Part shown: positions 29,832 to 38,951 of the stretch, piece by piece | Layout: every line of letters begins with the position of its first letter | Position numbering within the stretch: the stretch's first letter is position 1 | Program-made: the position numbers and the translations under genes | The notes under the pieces: generated by a model | The model's input: only the letters and a program-made list of their open reading frames with translations | Databases searched by the model: none | What the model was told of the DNA's origin: nothing | DNA from: Bacillota bacterium | Lineage (GTDB): Bacteria > Bacillota > JAAYKD01 | Assembly (NCBI GenBank): GCA_963666425.2 | Contig: OY762825.2 | Span: 2,720,001 to 2,784,000, forward strand | Length of the DNA: 64,000 nt | Reading direction: 5' to 3'

Positions 29832-30743
29832 ATGAGCCTTATTTTGACTGACACCGGGTTCTTAACCATGCCATTGAAATCCAAAGGAAAAGTCCGCGAT
29901 ATTTATGAAGCGGCAGATCAGCTTTTGCTGATTGCCACCGATCGTGTTTCTGCTTTTGATGTGGTTCTGCCCAATGGGATTGCGCATAAGGGTCAGGTTT
30001 TGACACAATTGTCGCGTTTTTGGTTCGAGAAATTAGCTCACATCGTGCCCAATCATCTGATCACGACCGATGTCGCCAAATTGCCCATTCCCGCCTGTTG
30101 TTTTCCGAAAGAACTGAACGGTCGGGTGATGTTGGTTAAGAAAGCGGAAGTGATTCCGGTTGAGTGCGTGGTGCGCGGTTATCTGTCCGGCTCCGGCTGG
30201 AAAGAATACCGTGATCATGGCACTTTAGGTGGATTGAAGCTGGCGGCAGGTTATGTGGAATCGGATCGTTTGCCCAAACCCGCCTTCACACCTGCGGCCA
30301 AAAATAATGTCGGACATGACGAAAACATCAGCTTCGAACGGATGACTGAATTGGTCGGGTTTCAATTGGCGACTAAACTACGCAACGTGTCGTTGGCTCT
30401 ATATCAGGAAGCGGCCGACTACGCTCTGCAGCACGGTTTGATCCTGGCAGATACGAAGTTTGAATTTGGCATTTATCGCGATGAAGTCATCTTAATTGAT
30501 GAGTGCTGTACTCCGGATAGTTCTCGTTTTTGGTTAGCGGCTGAATATGCTCCGGGCCAGGCACAACAAAGTTTAGATAAGCAATTCATCCGAGACTGGT
30601 TGGAAACTTCCGGTTGGAATAAAGAACCGCCGGCACCCCAACTGCCCGATTGGGTGATCAAAGGGACAGTGGAACGCTACCTGAACGCTTATCAGGTGCT
30701 GACCGGGGAGAGCTTGCTGCAGTATCTGGACGAAGAAGAATAA
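29832..30743 (+). CDS. purC: SAICAR synthase
   Basis: GKVRDIY, TDRVSAFD, ECVVRGYL, LADTKFEFG, TPDSSRFW and DKQFIRDWL. Upstream TGcTATAAT. Confidence 0.95.
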   Translation: MSLILTDTGFLTMPLKSKGKVRDIYEAADQLLLIATDRVSAFDVVLPNGIAHKGQVLTQLSRFWFEKLAHIVPNHLITTDVAKLPIPACCFPKELNGRVMLVKKAEVIPVECVVRGYLSGSGWKEYRDHGTLGGLKLAAGYVESDRLPKPAFTPAAKNNVGHDENISFERMTELVGFQLATKLRNVSLALYQEAADYALQHGLILADTKFEFGIYRDEVILIDECCTPDSSRFWLAAEYAPGQAQQSLDKQFIRDWLETSGWNKEPPAPQLPDWVIKGTVERYLNAYQVLTGESLLQYLDEEE

Positions 30744-30790
30744 ATCACAGTTGTAGGGCTGTTTCTGCAGTCTTGAAAGGACCATGAAAA

Positions 30791-31228
30791 ATGCGAGTGC
30801 TGATCGATGCGGACGGCTGCCCGGTGATAGATGAAACCATTGCACTGGCGAATCAGTATGGCTGGACCTGTCTGATCCTCTGTGATACCTCTCATTTTTT
30901 TGAAAGACCGGGAGCAGAGACATTGACTTTTGATAAAGGCGCCGACAGTGTGGATTTCGCATTGGTTAATCTGGCGCAGCCGGGAGATCTGGTGGTGACC
31001 CAGGATTACGGCCTGGCTGCGATGTGTCTGGCCAAAAGAGCGGTGGCCATCAATCAAAACGGGCAGCAGTATACCGCAGCGAATATTGATGCCTTATTAT
31101 TGGCGCGCCATACCGCCAGAGTGATTCGCAGCACAGGCAAGCATCTGAAGGGACCCGCAAAACGCAGTGAGGCACAAAATCGCGCTTTTGTGCTTGCTTT
31201 GAGCAGATTATTGAAGCAGGAAAATTGA
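30791..31228 (+). CDS. YaiI/YqxD family (DUF188) protein
   Basis: IDADGCPV, GADSVD and DLVVTQDYGLA. Confidence 0.9.
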   Translation: MRVLIDADGCPVIDETIALANQYGWTCLILCDTSHFFERPGAETLTFDKGADSVDFALVNLAQPGDLVVTQDYGLAAMCLAKRAVAINQNGQQYTAANIDALLLARHTARVIRSTGKHLKGPAKRSEAQNRAFVLALSRLLKQEN

Positions 31229-31240
31229 GAAAACTGACAA

Positions 31241-31305
31241 CAAAAAAGCACTTGTCTTGGCCTGGTTTTTTAAAAAAACCGTCTGCAAGACAAGTGCTTT
31301 TTTTA
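31241..31305. terminator. Bidirectional terminator
   Basis: AAAAAAGCACTTGTCTTG...CAAGACAAGTGCTTTTTT. Confidence 0.8.
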
Positions 31306-32466
31306 GGACTGCTGACCGCTGATTTGCTCGATGGCAGCCAGCGTATAAATCAGCTCTTCTTTGGTGGTGAAATGGCCGAGACTGAAGCGAACGGTCCCAT
31401 TGGGATAAGTCGCGATTGTTTGATGCGCCAGCGGTGCGCAATGCAGCCCGGCACGAGTGGCAATGCCGAATTCTTCGGCCAAGCGATAACTGAAAGCAGC
31501 GCAGTCGAGCTGCTTTAGGGCGACGGACACCGTCGGTGTCTGCAGGGTGGCATCGGCGGGACCGTAAATTAGCAGCCCCGGAATTTGGCGCAGTCCATCC
31601 AGAAAGAAAGCAAACAAGTCCGTTTCCTGCTGCAGCAGAGCCTTTGGTGTTTGCTGCAGCACCCACTCTACGGCTGCTGCCAAACCGACGATGCCCGGCA
31701 TATTGAAAGTACCTGCTTCGAAGCGGTCCGGTAAAAAATCGGGCTGATAGATTTCATGCGAGCGGCTGCCGGTTCCGCCCTGGATTAAGGAGTTCATGCG
31801 AGTGGCTGCTTCCGGACTGACAACAAAGCCACCGCTGCCCTGTGGTCCCATCAGACTTTTATGCCCGGTAAAGGTTAGCGCAGCAGGAGAGAGCGCAGAA
31901 AAATCCAAATCATATAATCCTGCGGTCTGAGCAGTATCCAAAATAAAATCAAGCTGATGGCGCCGGGCTATTTCCGCAGCTTCCGCGATTGGCAGCAACG
32001 TGCCGGTTAAGTTGGCGGCGTGGGTCAGAACCAACATGGTAGTATTGGGTTGTATGGCCGCTTCCAGACGATCGGGATCCAGGCGGCCTTGTTGGTCGCA
32101 TTGGACCGCTGTATAGCTGATCAGGTGATCACGCTGTAAATGTGCCAATGGTCGGATGACGGCATTGTGTTCCATCGAGCTGGTCAGCACATGGTCGCCT
32201 TTTCTCAATAATCCTTTGATACATACATTCAAAGCTTCCGTAATTCCGGTCGTGAAGATAACCTGTTCGGAATTTTGAACCTGAAACAATTGGGCAATCA
32301 AAGAACGTGCCCGCAGTAAAAGGCGGCTGGCTTCTAGGGCGCCGGCATAACCACCCCGACCGGGGCTATACATTTGGTTTTTTTGCCAATAGGCGCTCAT
32401 GGCATCGATCACAGCCTGCGGTTTGCGATAGGAAGTCGCCGCATAATCAAGATAAACTTCTTTCAT
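31303..32466 (-). CDS. Cysteine desulfurase / selenocysteine lyase family (aminotransferase class V)
   Basis: YLDYAATS, EHNAV, DTAQTAG, PLP-Lys in TGHK and catalytic Cys in RAGLHCAPLAH. Confidence 0.9.
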   Translation of the reverse strand: MKEVYLDYAATSYRKPQAVIDAMSAYWQKNQMYSPGRGGYAGALEASRLLLRARSLIAQLFQVQNSEQVIFTTGITEALNVCIKGLLRKGDHVLTSSMEHNAVIRPLAHLQRDHLISYTAVQCDQQGRLDPDRLEAAIQPNTTMLVLTHAANLTGTLLPIAEAAEIARRHQLDFILDTAQTAGLYDLDFSALSPAALTFTGHKSLMGPQGSGGFVVSPEAATRMNSLIQGGTGSRSHEIYQPDFLPDRFEAGTFNMPGIVGLAAAVEWVLQQTPKALLQQETDLFAFFLDGLRQIPGLLIYGPADATLQTPTVSVALKQLDCAAFSYRLAEEFGIATRAGLHCAPLAHQTIATYPNGTVRFSLGHFTTKEELIYTLAAIEQISGQQS

Positions 32467-32484
32467 GAGTGTAACCTCTGTTTA

Positions 32485-33393
32485 CTATACTATTTTCTCA
32501 GGCATCGCTAAGGGGTTGTCTTGCACATAACGGATCAGTCTGGCGGCACAAGGGGAGATATACTGACTTTGATTGTGAATCAAATAAAAGCTGCGCTGTA
32601 AATCGTCGTCCGTCAGATCGAAAGCAAGCAGATCCTCGTGCGGTTCATAACTCAGTTTGGAAACGACCGAGACACCTAAGCCGTTGCGTACACACTGCAG
32701 CACCCCTTCGCCGCTGTTAATTTCCGCAATAGTGTGGATTTTGGAGAAGGGAATTTTTCGCTGCTTCAGCGCCTGGGCAAATAGATGTCGGGTGGCGGAA
32801 CCGTCGGCGCGCAGGATGAAATTGAAATCAAGGGTTTCCGCCAGACTAAGCGGATTGGGCAGCGCCTGATAGGTCGCTGAATTTGGGGTGATCAGGATCA
32901 TATCATCGGTATAGACCTTATGATAAACAATCGAATCCTGAGCAGAGCGCTCGCCGACAAAAGCCAGATCAAAGTCATTACTGACGAGACCCGCTAAAGC
33001 GTCCGCCGTATTTTCTACCGCAATTTCAAAACTAACCTTAGGGTAGATCCGATTAAATCCCTGCAGGAAACGGGGCAGCAGATAAATACCGGGGATAAAG
33101 CTGGCGATGATGCGGATACAACCGCTGTTTTCTTCCGCTGTGCCGGCGACATCTTCGATCGCCAGCTGGTGCAGATGGATCAGATCCAAAGCATAGCGGT
33201 AGAGTTTGCTGCCGCTTTCCGTGAGCAAGGCTTTTCTGCCCTGACGGATAAACAATTGCGTATTGAGTTCGCGCTCCAATTGGTCAATACTGGTACTCAC
33301 AGCCGGCTGTGATAAATACATTTTTTTGGCGGCATTGGAGAAGTTACCGCAGCGAACGACATTAACGAAGATTTCGGCTTGATGGATGTTCAT
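32485..33393 (-). CDS. LysR family regulator (selenium-metabolism-associated type by context)
   Basis: HTH NFSNAAKKMYLSQPAVS, ASFIPGIYLLP and RADGSATR. Neighbours are the desulfurase and a DUF3343 gene. Confidence 0.85.
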   Translation of the reverse strand: MNIHQAEIFVNVVRCGNFSNAAKKMYLSQPAVSTSIDQLERELNTQLFIRQGRKALLTESGSKLYRYALDLIHLHQLAIEDVAGTAEENSGCIRIIASFIPGIYLLPRFLQGFNRIYPKVSFEIAVENTADALAGLVSNDFDLAFVGERSAQDSIVYHKVYTDDMILITPNSATYQALPNPLSLAETLDFNFILRADGSATRHLFAQALKQRKIPFSKIHTIAEINSGEGVLQCVRNGLGVSVVSKLSYEPHEDLLAFDLTDDDLQRSFYLIHNQSQYISPCAARLIRYVQDNPLAMPEKIV

Positions 33394-33540
33394 GGGAACC
33401 CCTTTCTGAGAGGTAAGTGGCGCAACAGTGAGAAATGATGGTTATGAGTGATTACCCTTTAGTATTTCAAATTATCTCAGTAAAGTCAAGCAGATTCTGC
33501 CTGACTGTTATCTCTCTTTTTTATTGATTCTGGAACAATG

Positions 33541-33557
33541 TATCAATAATATTGATA
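33541..33557. promoter_or_regulatory. Putative LysR operator
   Basis: Perfect inverted repeat TATCAATA-A-TATTGATA containing T-N11-A, in the divergent region between lysR and the DUF3343 gene. Confidence 0.6.
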
Positions 33558-33633
33558 GGAAAAATCAACTCTGCCTACAGCAGGAAATACTCCGGCCAAT
33601 CGCTAATTAAAAAGAGAAAGGGGAGATCTCACC

Positions 33634-33888
33634 GTGCAGCAGCAACCGTTTTGTTGTTTAACATTTCATAATATCCATCTTGCCATGCGGTTTGAACAAG
33701 TAATGCAGGCGGCAGGAAGCGTGGTTAAGCTGATTCCGGTTCCCAGAAGCATCAGCGCATCCTGCGGTTTGGCGGGTAAGTTTGCACCGGAAATTCTGGA
33801 GCAGGTGCGCCAGCTTTGCCGTGAAAATTACATAGAATATGAAAGCGTTTATTTATTGGATGGGGAGACCGTGACGGAGCTGGTTTAA
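33634..33888 (+). CDS. DUF3343 family (putative Se/S carrier-like) protein
   Basis: TFHNIHLAMRFE and the family-typical LIPVPRSISASCG. Confidence 0.85.
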   Translation: MQQQPFCCLTFHNIHLAMRFEQVMQAAGSVVKLIPVPRSISASCGLAGKFAPEILEQVRQLCRENYIEYESVYLLDGETVTELV

Positions 33889-33982
33889 ATCCGCTGGAGG
33901 TGAACGGTTCTCTTATTGTCTATTATACCAGAGAAACCGGAAAAACAGTATGCAGCAAGCATAAAACAAGGAGGCGTTTATT

Positions 33983-34723
33983 TTGAAACTGACTGTGATT
34001 GGTATGTGGGGAGGTTTCCCCAAAGCCGGTGGTGCTTCCTCCGGTTATCTGCTGGAAAGCAAGGGCTCGAAATTGCTCCTGGATTGCGGCAGCGGCGTCC
34101 TGAGCAGACTGCTGGAACTCATGGATCTGACCGAACTGGATGGTGTGGTGATTTCACATTATCACGCAGACCATTGCTGTGACTTGACAGTGCTGGCTCA
34201 GGCTTACTATGTGATGGGTTTGCGCGGAGCGAAAATCAAACCCTTACCGGTTTTTGGTCATGCCAATGCAGCAGAATTTCAGAGCCTGACCTATCGCGGC
34301 GGCAGTGTGACGCAAGGCGTGGCCTATCAGCCGGGGGAAGCATTTCAAGTAGGCGCTTTCACGATCACGCCGGTGCGTACGGTGCATCCGCTGGAATGTT
34401 ACGGTTTCCGTATCAGTGCGGAAGGCAAGTCGATGTTTTTTACTGCCGATGGTGCTTACGGCCCGCATTTACTGGCCGCGGCGGCTGGGGTGGATCTGCT
34501 TTTGTGCGAGTCAAACTTCGCACATGCCGACTTGGCCTACGCCGAAAATTTGCATATGACCGCTGTTCAGGCCGGCAATTTGGCTGCCGAAGTTGGTGCA
34601 AAGCGTCTTCTGTTGACACACTTGCCGCCGCTGAATAACAATGATCAACTCCTGCTCGAGGCGAAAAGCCGTTATCATGGTCCAGCCGAGCTCGCTTACT
34701 GCGGGCAAACGCTGGAATTCTAA
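33983..34723 (+). CDS. MBL-fold metallohydrolase (RNase Z/YhfI-like)
   Basis: GASSGYL, DCGSG, SHYHADH and LLTH. AAGGAGG precedes TTG. Confidence 0.88.
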   Translation: MKLTVIGMWGGFPKAGGASSGYLLESKGSKLLLDCGSGVLSRLLELMDLTELDGVVISHYHADHCCDLTVLAQAYYVMGLRGAKIKPLPVFGHANAAEFQSLTYRGGSVTQGVAYQPGEAFQVGAFTITPVRTVHPLECYGFRISAEGKSMFFTADGAYGPHLLAAAAGVDLLLCESNFAHADLAYAENLHMTAVQAGNLAAEVGAKRLLLTHLPPLNNNDQLLLEAKSRYHGPAELAYCGQTLEF

Positions 34724-34766
34724 CCGGATCAGGTTTGCTGCCATCCCATCTGGGTTTTGCTTTAAC

Positions 34767-34840
34767 AAAAAAAGACCGTTGCCCTGTCTGCTAAGTCTCT
34801 GTTACCAGAGTCCTGCAGCACGGGAAGCGGTCTTTTTTGA
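34767..34840. terminator. Bidirectional terminator (MBL gene/polA)
   Basis: AAAAAAAGACCG...CGGTCTTTTTT long bulged hairpin. Confidence 0.7.
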
Positions 34841-34843
34841 TTT

Positions 34844-37438
34844 TTAGTGTAAATCGTACCAATTATCGCCGCTGCTGAGTTCAACCTTGATCGGAACGAT
34901 CAGCTGCATGGCATTTTCCATGGTTTCCCGCATGATCCGTTTCAGGGCTGCTTCTTCTTCCGGCGGTGTTTCACAGACGAGCTCATCATGTACCTGCAGT
35001 AAAATACGGCCTTGCAGCTTTTCTTTTTCGATCGCCTGCTGTAGGTGAAGCATTGCCACTTTGATCAGATCGGCAGCGCTGCCTTGAATCGGCGTATTGA
35101 GGGCTGCCCGTTCGCCAAAGCTGCGCAAATTGTAATTACGATCCTGCAGTTCCGGCAAATAGCGTCGGCGCTGGAAAAGCGTTGTCACATAGCCGTTCTG
35201 TTTGGCCTCGGCAATCAATTGGTCCTGGTAGTGGTGGATAGCCGGAAATTCTTCAAAAAAGCGATCGATGTAGACTTTTGCTTCGGCTCTCCTGATGTGC
35301 AGCTGCGTAGCCAGACCATAATCGGAGATGCCGTAGACAATTCCGAAATTCACGGCTTTGGCTCGATTGCGCTGCAGGGAGCTGACCTGTTCAAAGGGGG
35401 TATTGAATACTTCGGTGGCAGTGCGGCGATGGATATCCTGATCCTGCCGATAGGCATCAATGAAGGCTTCATCCTGAGAAAGGTGAGCCAGGATGCGCAA
35501 TTCAATTTGCGAATAGTCGGCGGAGACGAGGCGCCAGCCTTTTTGAGTAGGGAAAAAGGCCTTGCGGATGATGCGCCCTTCCTCGGAACGGGTGGGGATA
35601 TTTTGCAGATTGGGATCGCTGCTGGACAAACGGCCGGTTGCGGTCACCGCTTGGTTGTAGGTGGTATGCAGGCATTGATCGGCAGCGGAAACCAGTGGCA
35701 TCATACCTTGCAGATAGGTTCCCTGCAGTTTGCTGAGCGTGCGGTAGGTAAGGAGCAAAGCGATGATCTCATGCTGATCAACCAATAGTTCCAGCGCTTC
35801 CGCGTCAGTGGAAAAACCGGATTTTGTTTTTTTACCGCCCGCTAGGCCCAGTTTTTCAAAAAGAATCTGACCCAGTTGTTTGGGCGAATTGAGGTTAAAC
35901 TGCTGTCCTGCCAGTTGCCAGATCTGCTCCTGCAGATGATCCATTTGGCTTTGGTAGTCGCGGTTCAATTCCTGCAGAACCTCAATGTGCACGCCGATCC
36001 CTCTGGTTTCCATATGGTAAAGCAAATCGGCCAGCGGCAGCTCAATATCGCGGTAAAGTGCGGTGAGGCTGCGTTCCTTTAAAACCTGCTCCAGCCAGGG
36101 CAGCAAACGCTGCAGCTGTTGCAGCTCTGTCGTCAGCGGGGAATCGCTCTGCGCGCAAGGATGATCCGGAAAAGCGGCAGCAGCGACGCTATCCAGGCTT
36201 AGTTTTTGACCCGGATTGATCAGATAAGCCTGCAGCATGGCATCCTCAGCCAGAGGGAAGCTGCGCTGCAGCAGATGAGAAAGTTGCTTTTTATCCCAGA
36301 CGGTGAAGCGCTGTTCTGTCAATAAATCGCTGATTCTCGTCAGAGCCGCATCCTCGTCGGCTTGATAGAGATAGCTCTCTCCCTGCTCCGTCAGGAAAGC
36401 GAGACTCAAATAGGATCCTGCCAATAACCCCGGTTCTTCTTTGGCCGAGAGAGCGATGAGTTTCTGCTTTTGCAGCAGGGAGATGATCGTTTGACTGTCG
36501 GCCGGCTTAGATTTGAGCAGCGGCAGCGGATTTTCCGTCGGTTCAAGTAAGCTGATCTGCATTTCCGCTGGCGGCAATTTTGCCAGCAGAGAACGCAAGT
36601 CATATATTGTAAAGAAAGTGCGCAAGGCCGCCAGATTGGCGGGTTGGCGTTTCCATGCTTCCAGTGGTTGCTCCAGCTCGACGGCACAGTCGATTTTAGC
36701 CAAACGATAGCTCAGGAGTGCCTGATCACGATAGAGCAGCAGGTTTTCCCGGACTTTTTTTTCTTTCATTTCGGCCGCATGTTCGAGCACCGCTGCCAGA
36801 CTGCCATAGGTTTGGATTAAGCGCAGTGCTGTTTTTTCGCCAATGGCAGGTACGCCGGGGATATTATCGGAGGCGTCTCCCATCAGTGCCTTGACATCAA
36901 TCAATTGCTGGGGCTTGAGGCCATATTGCTGTTCGACACGCGTGGCATCCACGATCTCTAAATCACTGACGCCGCGTTTTTGCGTATATAAGACCGAGGT
37001 ATCCGCCGTGATCAGCTGATAAGCATCCCGATCACCGGTAACCAGCAATGTCTTGATCCCGGCTGCGTTGAAACGGCAGGAAAGGCAGCCCAGTAAATCG
37101 TCCGCTTCAAAACCGGCTTTCTCCAGCCAGGCAATTTGCCAGGCATCCAAAAGGTCATGCAGCAGAGACAGCTGACCGATCAGCTCTGGTGGCGATTTTT
37201 GGCGGGTGCCTTTGTATTCGGCATACTCCAGATGGCGAAAGGTAGGCTCATGGCGGTCAAAGGCAACCAGCAGATAATCCGGTTGATACTCCTGTTCGAT
37301 TTTTTGCAGCATCATAGCAAAGCCATGCACGGCATTGGTGTAGATACCCTGATTGTTGCTCAAGAGCGGCAAAGCATAAAAGGCACGATTGGCCATGCTG
37401 TTGCCGTCAATGATCATCGCGGTAAGGCTTGACATCAT
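34844..37438 (-). CDS. polA: DNA polymerase I
   Basis: 5'-3' exonuclease motifs IDGNS, EADD and GDASDNIPG. Polymerase motifs DYSQIELR, KAVNFGIVYG and QVHDEL. Confidence 0.96.
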   Translation of the reverse strand: MMSSLTAMIIDGNSMANRAFYALPLLSNNQGIYTNAVHGFAMMLQKIEQEYQPDYLLVAFDRHEPTFRHLEYAEYKGTRQKSPPELIGQLSLLHDLLDAWQIAWLEKAGFEADDLLGCLSCRFNAAGIKTLLVTGDRDAYQLITADTSVLYTQKRGVSDLEIVDATRVEQQYGLKPQQLIDVKALMGDASDNIPGVPAIGEKTALRLIQTYGSLAAVLEHAAEMKEKKVRENLLLYRDQALLSYRLAKIDCAVELEQPLEAWKRQPANLAALRTFFTIYDLRSLLAKLPPAEMQISLLEPTENPLPLLKSKPADSQTIISLLQKQKLIALSAKEEPGLLAGSYLSLAFLTEQGESYLYQADEDAALTRISDLLTEQRFTVWDKKQLSHLLQRSFPLAEDAMLQAYLINPGQKLSLDSVAAAAFPDHPCAQSDSPLTTELQQLQRLLPWLEQVLKERSLTALYRDIELPLADLLYHMETRGIGVHIEVLQELNRDYQSQMDHLQEQIWQLAGQQFNLNSPKQLGQILFEKLGLAGGKKTKSGFSTDAEALELLVDQHEIIALLLTYRTLSKLQGTYLQGMMPLVSAADQCLHTTYNQAVTATGRLSSSDPNLQNIPTRSEEGRIIRKAFFPTQKGWRLVSADYSQIELRILAHLSQDEAFIDAYRQDQDIHRRTATEVFNTPFEQVSSLQRNRAKAVNFGIVYGISDYGLATQLHIRRAEAKVYIDRFFEEFPAIHHYQDQLIAEAKQNGYVTTLFQRRRYLPELQDRNYNLRSFGERAALNTPIQGSAADLIKVAMLHLQQAIEKEKLQGRILLQVHDELVCETPPEEEAALKRIMRETMENAMQLIVPIKVELSSGDNWYDLH

Positions 37439-37495
37439 CCACTCTCCCTTTTTTTTCTTATACTGCCTGCGGCAGACCATCTTTGCACTCAAAGC

Positions 37496-38641
37496 TCATT
37501 CGGTGATTCCGGCTGTCGGTGGGCGGAACGCCTCATCCACAACCGATTCATATAAAGTCTGTAAATAAGCGAGGGAAAAACGGCTGTCATAGCCTAAGAT
37601 GCCATGCTGCGCCGCCAAGGCTTTTGTGTAGTCCTGCAGCAAATAGACTTTGGTTGCCCAAAATCGCGTTTCAAAATGGGTAACCAGCGGAATCAGCAGC
37701 GGCGACTGTACCGAAGTTCCGTTTTCATCCTTGACGAAGGTAACCTGAGCCATGCCGCCCAGCATGTTCTCCGCCTCAATTTGATTGGAAATTAAATTGC
37801 CCAAAGAATAGAAGACAGGCATGCTTTTACCGTCGGCCCGGGTCAGCAGGCTGACCGGCTGGATGACATGCGGATGGTGGCCGAGCACCAGATCCACGTT
37901 ATGATCGGCCAGTTTTTGCGCCAAGGCTCGCTGAGCATCGCTGCCGGCCAGATCGCCTTCATTGCCCCAGTGCAGCGAGACGATGACAAAGTCTGCCATG
38001 GTTTTTGCCTGTTCCACTTCGGCAAACATCGTTGCTTCATCGTCCAGCATCGCAATTTGATAACCTTGCCAGTCTGACACGGATAAGCCGTTCAGACCGT
38101 AATCGTATCCTAAAAAGGCAAAACTAAGACCCTTGCGCTGGATGATTTGGATATTGCTCTCCGTAGCCTGCCGGTAAACCCCAACCGTCTTGACGCCCAG
38201 ACTATGCCAAAGATCCAAAGTTTCAATCAAAGCATTCAGACCGGAATCAAGAGAATGGTTGCTGGCCTGATTGACCACATCAACGCCGATTGCCGCCATC
38301 TGCTGCGCCAGTTCTCTCGGTGAATTGAAGAGGGGATAAGAAGAGATGACGTATTTTTCACCGGCCGTGGTGATCTCCTGATTCAGAAAGGTGAGATCAG
38401 GCGCTGCCAGGGCTGCAGCCACCGGAGCATAACAACTGCTGAAATCATAATGGTCTTTCCCCATGGCGTAGGCATATTCATAGATTGGATAATGGATTAA
38501 ATTATCGCCGACCGCACGCAGGGTAACTGAAATCGGCTCAGGTTCAATCACGACCGGGTCACTCGCTTCGGGCTTTGTCAGAGCATCACAGGCGGTCAGG
38601 CTCAGGCACAGCAGCAAGAGAAATAGCAGGATTTTCTTCAT
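37496..38641 (-). CDS. CapA/PGA_cap family metallophosphatase-like lipoprotein
   Basis: Lipobox LTAC. Motifs VGDNLIH, NQE, NHSLD, HWGNE, GHHPHV and YSLGN. Confidence 0.88.
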   Translation of the reverse strand: MKKILLFLLLLCLSLTACDALTKPEASDPVVIEPEPISVTLRAVGDNLIHYPIYEYAYAMGKDHYDFSSCYAPVAAALAAPDLTFLNQEITTAGEKYVISSYPLFNSPRELAQQMAAIGVDVVNQASNHSLDSGLNALIETLDLWHSLGVKTVGVYRQATESNIQIIQRKGLSFAFLGYDYGLNGLSVSDWQGYQIAMLDDEATMFAEVEQAKTMADFVIVSLHWGNEGDLAGSDAQRALAQKLADHNVDLVLGHHPHVIQPVSLLTRADGKSMPVFYSLGNLISNQIEAENMLGGMAQVTFVKDENGTSVQSPLLIPLVTHFETRFWATKVYLLQDYTKALAAQHGILGYDSRFSLAYLQTLYESVVDEAFRPPTAGITE

Positions 38642-38885
38642 TGACAAAACCTCAATTCTTTCCGCAGCCGGCAGTATATTTCCGTGAGGCTGACAGCGAG
38701 GCGGAGGATTGCCGGTTTCTTTCATTCTTTCATAGTACGTATCTTACCAGAGAACAGGAGAAAATACCAGCAGATTCTCACTGTCAGGCGGGAATATCTC
38801 AAACCGCCGCAGCAAGAAACACAGCAAAACAACAACCAAGCAGACAAAAATGCGCTCTTCGGTGAAAGTTTTCTTCGCATTGCCC

Positions 38886-38914
38886 TTGCCAAAGTGTGCA
38901 TTAGGCATTAAAAT
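38886..38914 (+). promoter_or_regulatory. Sigma-A promoter of aspS
   Basis: TTGCCA-N17-TAAAAT. Confidence 0.55.
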
Positions 38915-38951
38915 AGGAGAACAAGAGGCAAGAGAAAGAAGTGAAAGCAAA

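Noticed and set aside
31303-33888. Selenoprotein (in-frame TGA) in the selenium-associated cluster
   Set aside because: All three ORFs are full length with Cys at the expected sites, so no read-through is needed.
35045-35788. 247-aa ORF antisense to polA, and the many similar short antisense or overlapping ORFs in the track
   Set aside because: These are shadow frames of well-supported genes, with no RBS or recognisable motifs.
38642-38951. T-box riboswitch upstream of aspS
   Set aside because: There is no T-box consensus (GGTGGNACCGCG) or terminator, and a promoter lies close to the start codon.
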